Source: Octopus vulgaris (taxonomy: Eukaryota). Taken from it: 64,000 nt of DNA. The notes beneath the pieces were generated by a model, which searched no databases, was not told the DNA's origin, and saw only the letters and a list, made by a program, of their open reading frames with translations. Within the stretch, counting starts at the first letter, position 1. The number at the start of each line of letters is the position of its first letter. Shown here piece after piece: positions 51,283-64,000 of this stretch. The stretch is taken from the NCBI GenBank assembly GCA_951406725.2, contig OX597816.1, forward strand, positions 144,894,001 to 144,958,000. The letters run 5' to 3'. The position numbers and the translations under genes were made by a program.

Positions 51283-51717
51283 ATTGTTTCTGTATTTTCG
51301 GTTGTCCTCGCGAAGGAAACAGTTGATATTGGAGTTTCTTTCTCTGTTGTGTCGAGAGGAGTCACACATATGTCTCCGCTTATTTTGTTGTTGCTGTAGT
51401 TGTTCTTGCTGCTGGCTCCGCTGCCACCACCTCCCACCACGCTTATTGGAGACTGGGTGAATACAAACATGGAGGTTTTGTTACCAATTGTGGTTGTGGT
51501 GGAGGTGATAGTGTTTTGGCTGATGTTGTTGCCTTTTTTATTGATTTATTTTGTTGTTCCTGCGACGGTAAAGGTGGTGGCCAAAGCAAAGGAAAAATAC
51601 CTTCATACTTTTCGTGCTGTGTTATTTCATACTTTTACATGCTGTATTGTTGCTGTTGTTGTTGCTACTGTTGCTGTCACAGACCTTTGCCATGTGGCTG
51701 TTCTGTTTAGTGGATAA

Positions 51718-52014
51718 TGTGGGATGACATCAGCAGCTGGAGAGCTGACCGGAACTTGGGGATGACCGGAAGGGGCAGCAGTGACGCGCGCGCAGCGAGG
51801 GCAGGATTCTGCCTTTTCGAGGCAGGTCGCCGAGCGAGTAAGACGGCGTCAGCATGTTGTTCCCAACCTTAACAACGTGCTGACGCCGTCTTACCCGCTC
51901 GGCGACCTGCCTCGAAAAAACAGAATCCTGCCCTCGCTGCGCGCGCGTCACTGCTGCCCCTTCCGGTCATCCCCAAGTTCCGGTCAGCTCCTCTGCTGCT
52001 GGCGTCATCCCACA
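51718..52014. repeat. 297-bp GC-rich near-perfect palindrome with TGT...ACA ends
   Basis: Arms of ~144 bp around a 9-nt loop (cccaacctt); few mismatches. Confidence 0.92.
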
Positions 52015-52267
52015 GATAGCTAACAGTTCTTTTTAGAAAACGAACAGTCCTCGTCTGCTACCTTTCTTTTTTCAGCAAAAATCGAACCCTAATTTCGCCC
52101 CTAAGGGCTATAAATGGGGAAAATTTGAACAGTTCCCTAAATTCATGGTTAGTTTATTTATGTAACGATATCAAATGTACAATGCATAACAATGTGTATT
52201 ATCATAAATAACAACAAACTTACGGGAGCGATGTGCAACACGTGTCGATAGACGAACAACAACGATA

Positions 52268-52490
52268 ATAATCCTTTCTACTATAGACATAAGGTCTGAA
52301 ATTTGGGGTGAGGAGGGGGATTAGTCGATTACAGCGACTCTAGTGTTTCACTGGTACTTAATTTATCAACCCCGAAAGGATGAAAGGTAAAGTCGACCTT
52401 GGCGGAATTTGAACTCAGAACGTAAAGACGAACGAAATGCCGCAAAGCATTTCGCCCGGCGTGCTAACGATTCTGCCAGCTCACCGCTTT
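52268..52490 (-). mobile_element. SINE family B
   Basis: Reverse complement of the family B monomer; adjacent (GAT)n. Confidence 0.8.
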
Positions 52491-52510
52491 AATGATAGTG
52501 ATGATGATGG

Positions 52511-52547
<37 letters not shown>

Positions 52548-52552
52548 AGTTA

Positions 52553-55450
52553 TCTCTTTATTGGCTACAAGAGCCCCAACCCCGCCCCAAATATTTAGGA
52601 CAATGCAAAGGCAAAGTCTTTGCATTGGGGGATTTACATAAAACCGCGTAAACAAAATAGAATAACAACTAAAGAATTCTAATCACGAAAATTTATTTCT
52701 GAATCGGTGGAAACGCCATCCAGAGGTATTAAGGGACCCCACAGATCCTAAGCGCTCCCTACTCGCTAGGAGTACTGAGTCAATGCTCCTTTCTTCCCCG
52801 TAGTTCTCAGCCAACTTGCGCCAGCTTAAAGTAGCCATTCACTCAGGTCATCCTCCTTTCAACAAATTTATTGGGAAGCAGGATGTCCTTCTTAACAATC
52901 ACCTTCACTTTCAAATGAAATTTAAAAATGTCGATGAGAACTAATCGAAGGGGAAAGTGTCTGCCTACAAGTCTTTTCAAGCTCGTCAACCGCACAACTT
53001 CTTCCACCATAGCCAGTATAGAGAAAATACTGCTTGCCCTTCTCAACCAAAGGAAAGCTGTGATGCGATCTTCGCGATAGAGCCGGTCGATGGCCTGATC
53101 CATCATACACGTTATAGCAGCTGTTTGACATAAACAAAACCTCACAACTCAGCGATATTCGGGTATTATATACGCGCGTACAGAACGATTTCCTTGTTCT
53201 GTATGCGTCTCGGACAGGCGCAGCTGACGGCACTACTACCCTGCAAAGTTTATTCCGTTCCGTACCGGCAATACCCCCACTCAAACCCACCCCGCTAGCA
53301 TTACTGATTTCAGGAAGTTATTTATAAGTACCATTCTGAAAATCTTCTGGAACAAACTAGCCAGTTGATTTTTATTGATATCCAGACTTTCTTCTGGGAC
53401 CGCATCGATCTTATTCACCAGTAAACCTCTAAATAGTGCCATGGTAAATGATTCATCGATGGCAATACCCGACTGGCGGAGAGCTGCGAACACTTGGTGA
53501 TACTCAAGATGTCAGGTTCCCTACCTTACTTTAATCTTGGTGCTGGACAGCAGTTCTGTGAAAGAGACGAACTGCGGGAAAGCGCAACTAACAAACGACG
53601 ATCACATCTGCTCAGGAAAACGCTGGAAATGTCGTTACGTTAGTGCATACTTGCGTATCATCAGCCACAAGTGTACCCTCTGACCACTAGAATGCACCCC
53701 TTACGCAGAAAGCGGAAGAGCAGGCGCTGCATGCCAATCAGCTACGAAGCGAGACAAGGCATGACAGTCAGGCGGTAGTAGATGACGGATGCGATGTAGG
53801 CATGCGTCATCTCAATCCGGCACTTTAGGGACAGTTTCCTCTCGGCCCACATCTGGGAGATACTAGTCACTCTGTTCGTCACGTCTTCCCAGTTCTTGTA
53901 CTTTTGGTGGTTTGAATCAAACTAGATCCCAATCAATTTAACCGGTGTGTCTGTCCAACGTCCAACGACATTATTGAACAGATATGAAGGTGGCGAGCTG
54001 GCAGAATCGTTAGCACGCCGAGCGAAATTCTTAGCGGTATTTCGTCCACCGCTACATTCTGAGTTCAAATTCCGCCGAGGTCGAATTTGCCTTCCATCCT
54101 TTCGGGGTCGATTAAATAAGTACCAGTTACGCACTGGGATCGATATAATCGACTTAATCCGTTTGTCTGTCCTTGTTTGTTCTCTCTGTGTTTAGCCTCT
54201 TGTGGGTAGTAAAAAATAGGTATTTACCGGCCGCTACTTTCTGAGTTCAAATTCCGCCGAGATCGACTTTACCTTTCATCCTTTCGTGGTCGATAAATTA
54301 AGTACCAGTTGAGTACTGGGGTCAATGTAATCGACTGTCCCTCTCCCAAATTTCAGGCTTTGTGCCTATAGTAGAAAGGATTATTGAACAAATATGGACC
54401 TTCTTCAGGTGCCGAGTTTTAGGTCCATCGACTTCTAGCTGTGCTCAGCATATGATATGGTTGTGGACTCAATTAAATTTGTTACTTGTTCCGAAGAACG
54501 GAATCAGTTAAACAAGAAACGAAATTGATTCACTGCTATATACTACAACATAATGTGTTTGGTGTCCGACGCTATTATGGTGATGCCGTCCGCATATCCA
54601 AATACGGATTTTCTGCATCCTTGGAAATTGGAGATTTCAAGGATTTCTGCAGTAGTGGCTTTAGAGTCAGTAAGTACAGAAAGGATGAGAGGTTGAACCT
54701 TTGCCAGACCGATCACACGATAATGAGCAATTGCCACAGGCGGCCATTTACACTTACCACTGACCTCATGTCGCTATACATTGCAGCAATCCATCTTACA
54801 AAGATGGGTCCAGAACTATCCGCTAAGTATTGATGGTCGATCCTATCGAAAGATTTCGACTGATCTCAATTGATCAGGATCTCACTTATGCCAGATTCTT
54901 TAGCCACCCTTTCTATGATGTACCTCGTGAGTTTTAAGCTGTCGTGGATAGATCTGTTTGGTGTGGCACATGTCTGAGCCTCACCCACCGGATTATCGAC
55001 TACAAACATTAAACTCTTAGCTAATAGCTTGGTCAAAGTCTTCAGTTCTGTATTTAGTAGAATTATAGAACAGAAGTTGTTAAAACTCCACCCATCCCAC
55101 CCCTACCCATTCTGGGCCTTTCTCAGCAACACCGTCACACCTGTTTTCGCAGTACTGGGAAACTTTCCCTTCTGTTGCTAGTTGCATTAGACATCTCCTA
55201 GAGGTGTCAGAATAAGTCTGGCTTCTGAAAATAAAGACCATAGGGCAGGCCATCCAATGCAGTCGCCTTCTCCTTTACGCAGGTAATAGACCGTCAAACC
55301 TTATTTTCCGTATTTCGTCAGCTGTATCCAGCCTTTCGCAGAAATGCGGAACTCCGCCTCCTTAAACGAGAACCGAGTGTAAGCGTCGATCCAGGTGACA
55401 ATACTTTGACCTATTGACTTAACGTGTTTGAACTTATGCACCAATACAGA
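52553..55450 (-). mobile_element. L1/Tx1-clade LINE ORF2 remnant
   Basis: LDGLPY, IILLNTELKTLTKLLA, GEAQTCA.PNRSIHD and DQSKSFDR motifs; AATAAA near the 3' end at ~52557-52562; many stops. Confidence 0.75.
53987..54379 (+). mobile_element. Dimeric SINE family B inserted in the LINE
   Basis: TSD attattgaacaRatatg at 53970-53986 and 54380-54396. Confidence 0.88.
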
Positions 55451-55919
55451 TTTGGCTCGTGTTAAGCACAGCAGACATACTTTTTTCTTCTTTTGGGACA
55501 TCAAATTGATTGTAGCTTTTATATTCCTTCACCGAAATTGATCCGATCACTAGTATCTCTAATTAGATATGCTGGATGTGGACATGTAATGGTGAGAGAT
55601 TCAACAAAAATCGCTTCGTATGATATTAATAGTTTGTCCACCACAATGTAAATAGCGCATTGCTACTGTTAAGTCTCGGTCAAATCATTTCGATTGGTGC
55701 AATGTTTCGAATGTAAAGGAGAAACAGTCTATACCGTAGAATTTATAGCCATGTGCTTGTCAAATGAACAACACGTAAAATAGAAATAAATAAACAAATA
55801 AATGTGATCTCCAGGTAATCCGAGACAGCCACCATCGTTTTGATTCATGATTTTCGTGTCTTTCCGTAAAACACGATCGCTCAAACCATCCCATTTTTTA
55901 TTTCGTTAAATTAGATATG

Positions 55920-56222
55920 TGAAGGCGCATGGTTTTGTGGTTAGAGTATTTAGCTCACAGTCGTTAGGTCCTGAGTTCGATTACTGACGGCGCGTTGTGT
56001 CCTTAAGCAAGACACTTCATTTCGCGTTCCTCCAGTACACTCTGCTGGCAAAAATGTGTAGTACCTGTATTTCAAAGGGCCATCCTTGTCACATACAGTG
56101 CCACGCTGAATCTTCTGGGAACTATTGGAGTACTCAGCCAATTGTAGGTGAATTTCATGAGCAGGCTGTTTCGTTGATCGGATTAACCGGAACCCTTGGC
56201 GCCGTAATCCAAAGCGTGCCAG
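55920..56222 (+). mobile_element. tRNA-derived SINE family C
   Basis: gaaggcgcatgg...gtggttag A-box-like and gagttcgatt B-box-like motifs. Confidence 0.7.
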
Positions 56223-56513
56223 TTAAATTAGCTGTCTTCAATGTGTTGTCGGAAAAAGTAATACTCTATGTAAGTCCGTGTTCATGCAACAAGTAAACGT
56301 CCCCGAAATAAATTTCCAATGGCCATTATTTAGATATATACGTTTGCTTTTTTTCCCCATAAGGATCATAGCTGCCAGCGAAATAGTTTTCAATCTGAAA
56401 AGAGAAACAGAGCTTGAAGAAAGGAGGATATTTTATTTTTAAGCGATTTATAAATTCCACCTCGACTCTGTGTAAGCTACAATACATAATGTATATAATG
56501 TAAAACAGTTCAG

Positions 56514-57843
56514 GGATCTTTTTCTAAAAGATGGACAGAATTTTCTACTTAACTAAATAATTTGAAACTTCGTATACTGGTAGAATGTGTCAAAAGAAAA
56601 CATTAATTTCAATTAGTTTTTTTGAGAAAAATGTATTTTGTAACTTTTACGTAGTTTAATTCTTCGAATTTTAACCAATCGTATTCTCTGTTTTGAGCTC
56701 AATTCATTTGCTGCCGTGTTATTCATCCTTATCTCTGTCTTCAAAGGCTTCTCGCATGTTTATTTCAATGTCATCCCTGACTTACGGAACGATTATCTGT
56801 GTGTGTGTGTTTTTGTTTTGTATGTGTGTGCGTGTGTGTGTTTGTTGTGTATGTGTGTGCGTGTGTGTGTTTGTTGTGTGTGTGTGTGTTATTGTTGTGT
56901 ATGTGTGTGTGTGTGTTTTTGTTGTGTATGTGTGCGTGTGTTGTGTATCTCTTAAATCGATGAATTTCGTCGCCCAATAAAAATATTAACGATATCAAAG
57001 TTAAAAAAATATCGTTAATATTTTTATTGGGCGACGAAATTCATCGATTTAAGAGATACACAACACACGCACACATACACAACAAAAAAAACACAAACAC
57101 ACATACACAACAAAAAGACAAACACACACACACGCACACATACACAACAAAAAAAACACAAACACACATACACAACAAAAAGACAAACACACACACACGC
57201 ACACATACACAACAAAAACACACACACACACAACAATAACACACACACACACACACAACAAACACACGCACACATATACAACAATAACACACACACACGA
57301 CAAACACAAACACGCACACACATGCACAACAAAAAGACAAACACACACACACGCACACATACACAACAAACACACGCACACACATACACAACAATAACAC
57401 ACACACACACAACAAACACACACACACATACACAACAATAACACACAACAAACACAAACACGCACACACATACACAACAATAACACATACACACACAACA
57501 AACACACTCACGCACACACAGAACAAAACAAAAACACACACACACAGGTAATCGTTCCTTAAGTCAGGGATGACATTGAAATAAACATGCGAGAAGCCTT
57601 TGAAGACAGAAAACAGAAGACAGAGATAAGGATGAATAACACGGCAGCAAATGAATTGAGCTCAAAACAGAGAATACGATTGGTTAAAATTCGAAGAATT
57701 AAACTACGTAAAAGTTACAAAATACATTTTTCTCAAAAAAACTAATTGAAATTAATGTTTTCTTTTGACACATTCTACCAGTATACGAAGTTTCAAATTA
57801 TTTAGTTAAGTAGAAAATTCTGTCCATCTTTTAGAAAAGATCC
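56514..57843. mobile_element. 1.33-kb foldback element with GGATC termini and CA/TG-rich internal arrays
   Basis: The whole element is an inverted repeat centred near 57001; 8-bp TSD cagttcag / cagtccag; shares aaacttcgtatactggtagaatgtgt with the 50899-51282 MITE. Confidence 0.9.
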
Positions 57844-58519
57844 CAGTCCAGTCTATGAAGTTACAACTGATCAATAGAGTCACTGGGAAGACGTAAATGA
57901 ATTAGCATTTTTCCCGCTGAACTGCAGGTAAAAAAATTCTGACTTTCGAGTTTTGGGTTTTTATTGTATATTTAATCTAGTGTACCGTAACCGGTATGTC
58001 GCGGTACAGTGGTGTGCCATGAGACGATGTTGCAGTGTAACCTGAATATAATATTTTCTCCCTATACTTTTAGCTAAATTTTTAGTTCAGGTGTGCTGCC
58101 GTTTTGAAAAGAATATAAGTGTACCGCAAGTAAAAAAAGCTAGCGGAGCACTGATTTTATCCACAGCACTAATATCTCGAGGGTACACCAAGTCGTTTTT
58201 TAACGTCTGAAATGACAACATACTTGAGAATCAGTTGAGGTGTCCGTCGTGGTGTAGAATTTACTTCAAGTATCGTCTTTTTAGAATGTGAATAAAAGCC
58301 GCTTAACCATCAAAAACTATATTGTCACATGATCTGTTAGATTTAGGGGCTAAATCTTCATCATGTTGGCCGTTCTGTTTTTAAAACAGGGTCATATTGG
58401 TTAATGTAACCGCAGACTCATTGACTTATATCGAAAAATAAGATGTGCTGGTCTATATATACGATAAAAGGCGAGTATGGTTGTGGTCTGCGCTCATACA
58501 GGGCTAAGCTTTAACAACA

Positions 58520-58601
58520 CAGCAACAACAGCAACAGTATCAACAATCACTACTACTACCACCACCACCACCACCATGCCACCACCACCACCACCACCAC
58601 C

Positions 58602-58662
<61 letters not shown>

Positions 58663-58671
58663 TTACTACTA
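58520..58671. repeat. Compound trinucleotide microsatellite (CAA/CCA/CTA)n
   Basis: Directly visible. Confidence 0.95.
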
Positions 58672-59043
58672 GCATTGTGAAACATCTTTGATTCATTAAC
58701 CTGATCGCCATTAAGCAATCCTATTTACTCTGCTGTACTTCAGTGATTAAATACAATTTATAAGAGCGATTATAATTGATATAATTGGTGTAAGAAATGG
58801 TTTATCAGTGTTGCAATAAATCTCCCCATAAATATAAATTAGAGTGACTCGAATGCATCATTATATTATAGCGCGATCATATTTGACCTGGAGTTAAGGC
58901 AGCTATAACTACTGTGACAGTAGGTTCGTTTGCAGTGGGTTTCGCTTGGATTACTTTCTCATAAATACCGTGTTTGAAATAGCAGGTAGACGCTCTTAGC
59001 TCACATTGTGCTATCTTGAATTAAGGAGACATGCGCTTTAGAC

Positions 59044-59275
59044 CAAAGGTTCTCAACCCATTTTGGCCAAACGCCTCCTTTCAGTTCACAAGACTTATCG
59101 CGTTATGTGGTGCATGACCGCAGATCAAATGGGTATAAAAACCTAAAACAAATGTGTGTGTGTGGTTGGGTCTTTAACAGCCAGAGGTCAATTTAAGTTC
59201 AATCACAGAAAGGAATTCAAAACGGCAACGCACGCAATCATATACATACAAGCATATCCACACACACACACACAC

Positions 59276-59344
<69 letters not shown>

Positions 59345-59758
59345 TACATACTGAAAATATGTATTATATATTTGCACACAAATACACACATACACACACA
59401 TTAAGCTTTTCGCTTTATTCATTACTTTTTTTCTTTTAATCATATGTCACTGTTTTTAGTTTTTGTTTCTGTTTTGGAGGTTTTACTTTAGCGACACTAG
59501 TTACAATGAATTTGCTTGGTGTCGTCAAAATGGAAAAAGTGTTTTTAAGTTTTTGAAAATTTGAAACAAAATGGCATGTTTTTTTTTTAAACTGATTGTC
59601 GCAGAGATGTAAAAATATGGCTACTATTCGATAATTTCAAATTAAATTTACCAAAGTTGAGGACCTTTCAGCACGGCCCCCAGCGCCATCAAACCTCTTA
59701 ATGCTCCCCTAGTTCCCCCTCGAGCTCCAAACAGTGGCACTCCCGTTGAGAACCTTTG
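59044..59758. mobile_element. hAT/Charlie-type non-autonomous element containing (CA)n
   Basis: TIR caaaggttctcaac / gttgagaacctttg; TSD ctttagac / atttagac. Confidence 0.85.
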
Positions 59759-60396
59759 ATTTAGACATATAAACTATAAACTCCTTATAAAGACGGAACT
59801 ATAAACTATAAACTCCTTATAAAGACGGTTGAAATTCGTTCGACTTTAGTCTACTCGGTCAGAGATAACATGGGACTAAGCAACAATGACAAAACAATAA
59901 CAAGAACAGGAATCAAACTAATACTGATGACACTGACAAGGTCAATTGAGAGAAATTCTGGAAGTTTTTCAGTGGAACTTCTACACAGTACCTTCTGAAG
60001 CTAGGACACACTGCCTAGTTATCCGAGGATTCATCGAATCTAAGCATCTAATATTTATCTATGTATGCTAGAACTTGTTAATAAATTTATATTATAGGTC
60101 CCACTGTATCGATTTGCCCGAGGTGTGAGCTTATAATGTGGTTAAGACTGCCCTACTCCAATAAAAGTAATTTGCTTTGGTTCTGCATTTAGACCTAAAC
60201 CAGGTGATCTGCTTATATTACAGTCATAAGAAAGACAAGTAACTAATTGCAAATGCTCATGCTTGCCTTGCTGTATGTCAGAACATAAATGATGGGTGGG
60301 AGGGTAATATTCATGGTAGTTGTTACTTGGCTGCGTGTCTGCCTTCATCGTTGACTGGTGTCTAATTGTGATCACATCGTTATGATCTCTGGCGTA

Positions 60397-60536
<140 letters not shown>

Positions 60537-61036
60537 GTGTATGTGTGTAGGTATAATTAATACTTGTTTTAAAATATATATTTTGATTTTATTTTAATTT
60601 TTCTTCATAGTAAATGACCCCCTCTTTCCCTTTCTTTTTTTTTTTCTCTCTCTCTCTCTCTCTCTTTCTCGACACACAAACACACACATATGAAAGACTT
60701 GCGCTAACAGTATTACATAAAACAGTTATCCATAAAATAATGTTATTAAAACCTTTCCATTTTCCATAAGTTAATTTTCAAATTCTTGTTATGATACTGA
60801 TTTTGAAAGTTTGAATACTCTAGAACATTTATTGGCAATGCAAACTAAAATTATTTATGATCTTGATATTTCTGTTCTGTACAGTAATGGACTCCGTGCT
60901 GCGGTGTATAGAAGCAGAAGAACAATTCCCTTTGCACATCGGTTGCCGAAGGAGACACAGTAGCTGAGGTTTCTCTGAACTAGCAATTAGACAAATTTTT
61001 ATGGAGCCAAATTGTCGATACATAATACATACATAC

Positions 61037-61202
61037 AGGCGCAGGAGTGGCTGTGTGGTAAGTAGCTTGCTAACCAACCACATGGTTCCGGGTTCAGTCC
61101 CACTGCGTGACATCTTGGGCAAGTGTCTTCTGCTATAGCCCCTGGCCGACCATTGCCTTGTGAGTGGATTTGGTAGACGGAAACTAAAAGAAGCCTGTCG
61201 TA

Positions 61203-61253
<51 letters not shown>

Positions 61254-61453
61254 TTGTGTGTTTGTGTTTGTCCCCCTAACATTGCTGGTGTGTTTACGTC
61301 CCCGTCACTTAGCGGTTCGGCAAAAAGAGACCGATAGAATAAGTACTGGGCTTATAAAGAATAAGTCCCGGGGTCGATTTGCTCGACTACAGGCGGTGCT
61401 CCAGCATGGCCGCAGTCAAATGACTGAAACAAGTAAAAGAGTAAAAGAGTAAA
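61037..61453 (+). mobile_element. SINE family A
   Basis: Same as 20393-20800; lies in a (TACA)n context. Confidence 0.85.
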
Positions 61454-61517
61454 GATACATACATACATATATGTATGCAATTAATGCATGCTTGCATACA
61501 TTACATGCATACATACA

Positions 61518-61551
<34 letters not shown>

Positions 61552-61754
61552 CATAATACTTACATACGAGCGTACATATATATCATATCTCATGATAGAT
61601 CGCAAACCACAAAACCTTTTTTTATTTTCTCTCCTTGTTTATTTCTGTGTTCCTTTCTGTCGAAAAGCGTAGGCTCGAAACGTAAAAGACTTTCTCACTT
61701 CCTTTATTTTTTCTGACTACACACACACACACACGCACGCACACGCACACACGC

Positions 61755-61804
<50 letters not shown>

Positions 61805-62155
61805 TAGTAACAGAAAAGAGGGAATTTCGATTATTTCCAAGTGGTGATTTGTGATTTTTCTGACTACACACACACACGCACGCACACACACATGCACGCA
61901 CACACACACACACACACGCACACACACACACATAGTAGTAACAGAAAAGGGGGAATTTCGATTATTCCCAAGTGGTGATTTGTAATATATAAAACAATTA
62001 AAAAAGGAAAATATACACACTTTACATAGTTTTAATATAATTTTTAATATATCGACCGGTTTCGCTTTCGCTATTCATGATATTAAGGTTTACTTATTTA
62101 ATTATGCATTTTCTTAAGAAGAAATTTTTGCCCATGTTGTGTATGATGATATTTA

Positions 62156-62211
<56 letters not shown>

Positions 62212-62212
62212 T

Positions 62213-62361
62213 GAGGGCTTAGTGGTTAGGGTGTTGCCCTCACGATCACGAGAGAAAGTTGTGGCGAAAGAGTACAGCAGAGATCGCCCGGTCTGGGAAT
62301 CGAAACCGCTTTCCCACGACCGCGAGTCCGCTGCCCTAACCACTGGGCCATTGCGCCTCCG
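62213..62361. mobile_element. Two opposed tRNA-derived SINE heads
   Basis: Plus ggcttagtggttagggtgttgccctcacgatc; minus ggcccagtggttagggcagcgg...gtttcgattcccag. Confidence 0.6.
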
Positions 62362-63133
62362 CACATGTACACACACACACACATACACACACATATATAC
62401 ATATGAATATATAGATAAGATACATATATACATTTATATTTCTATTCATATATTAATGTATATGTATATTTAAATTTAAGTGTAAATGTGTATACGCAAA
62501 CACACATACACAAACACATACACTCACACATACATACACACATATACACACGCATACATATGTATCTATGCATCTATGTCTGTGTGCGTATGCACATAGA
62601 AATACTTGTCTTTATGCTTTATGTGGACATCTTCTTCTATGTTGTTCTCGCACTAGTAAATAATTAACCGCAAAATAGCCAATAAGACGCTGACATAATG
62701 TATAGCAGAATGTACTGGTGAAAATAATTGCTTGCTAATGTATCAAAAGTTATGGCCAGCAAAACTACATAGATCTTCAACAGGGGATATAAAAAATACT
62801 GTAATACGAGAAATAGCCCAGGTTCTAGACAAATAAATGTAAAATGTAAAATAACTTGTAGCTGCTCAGTTTAATGGGTCACACATACACACACTATGTG
62901 TGTATACATGCATACATACATATATACATATATATATATGTATATATGTGTGTATCTGCGTGTGTGTGTACGTGTCTGTTTCATATATAAAAAGATAGAG
63001 TCAAGCATGAACTGAAGCAACACTCATTACATTTAAGTAGGGCATCACACTTACTTTAACGAGAAATGTTGTCAATAACTTCGCAGTTTCGGCTCAGTTA
63101 CTGTCGTCTAAAGCCTATATATGTATATGTATG

Positions 63134-63189
<56 letters not shown>

Positions 63190-64000
63190 TATAAATTTTT
63201 TATGTTCAGTTATAATGAAATCAATTTTATATTAATCTGATAGGTTACTCTATACTTTTGTAGAGTACAAATTTATTATTCTTAAACAGGTATACTATTG
63301 AAATATTTATAAATACATAGCCCACAAGTACTACCTCTATAAAACATAAGGGTTAACATTTCTACATACTAATCAAATTTCTTATAGAGCAATGAACACC
63401 TAGAGAAGAACATACAGACCAACAACCTTTACACCTATCCACATATTCCTGTAAACATCAAAGCACAAGATAATCTAATTTCTATACTAACAGTATAGAA
63501 ATTACTGATAGCTCCACCTTCCAAATAGAAACTGGAAATACTCTACATAGCAGCAAGTAAAGACGTTGACCAGTTAAGCGTACCACCTACTTACATTCTT
63601 TTATGAGCCCCCTCCCCCCCAAAAAAAAATCCATTAAAAAAAGATACACATAATTGCCAAGTTTTAAATACTGGGCTAAACTTTTAACCTTTGACCTTAA
63701 ATCCAATGAAACCCAAAATAACTAAAACTAGTAACACATCCTATACATGCATACCAAAAGCGACATACCTAATTATTCACATGTGCTTACAAAGTTCTAC
63801 AAACATGAATAAATTCTAAGCCATAACATAACCACAAAACTACTCTATAAAAATTTCTGCAAAACGCCACTCCATACCATCCCGCCTTAAAGCTTAACTA
63901 CCAACTACAGTCACACTCATATACCCAAAGATTTTAGCTCAACAGAGACTATATAAAACCAATAATAGATTTAATAATAGTCCGAAGATGGCCTAAGTGG

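Noticed and set aside
51730-52023. Mirror-image ORFs on both strands
   Set aside because: A consequence of the palindrome; GTG starts and no recognisable domain.
56693-57545. Cys/Val-rich and His/Thr-rich ORFs
   Set aside because: Translations of TG/CA arrays inside the foldback element.
57050-57545. Repeat-spacer-like (CRISPR-like) appearance
   Set aside because: Units are low-complexity CA variants with no unique spacers and no cas genes; eukaryotic context.
58477-58718. Poly-T/P/L and poly-S/G/V ORFs
   Set aside because: Trinucleotide microsatellite with no coding support.
59765-59828. Short tandem duplications (also 44128-44192)
   Set aside because: Simple two-copy slippage-type duplications with no further structure.

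Overview
AT-rich, repeat-dense eukaryotic DNA, most likely from an octopus (inferred from the tRNA-derived SINE families and microsatellite load; not verified by search). Two host genes are supported. COMMD10 (+) has 8 coding exons (21240-37806, 198 aa) assembled from GT-AG junctions, and POLG2 (-) has a single-exon CDS (48084-49271). They are convergent. The rest is a nested collection of transposable element (TE) relics: Penelope-like elements, Helitrons, Tc1/mariner, hAT, piggyBac, CRE-, R4-, RTE- and L1/Tx1-type LINEs, SINEs and foldback elements. The most interesting signals are: (i) a Penelope-like terminal module combining a tRNA-like Pol III cassette with a minimal hammerhead ribozyme, apparently also mobilised as an ORF-less inverted dimer with a 12-bp target-site duplication (TSD); (ii) further hammerhead-like motifs; (iii) a GGATC-terminated foldback family with 8-bp TSDs, including a 1.33-kb hairpin; (iv) a 297-bp GC-rich TGT...ACA palindrome. 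Most listed ORFs are spurious. TE family names come from motif recognition by eye, and many TE boundaries are approximate.
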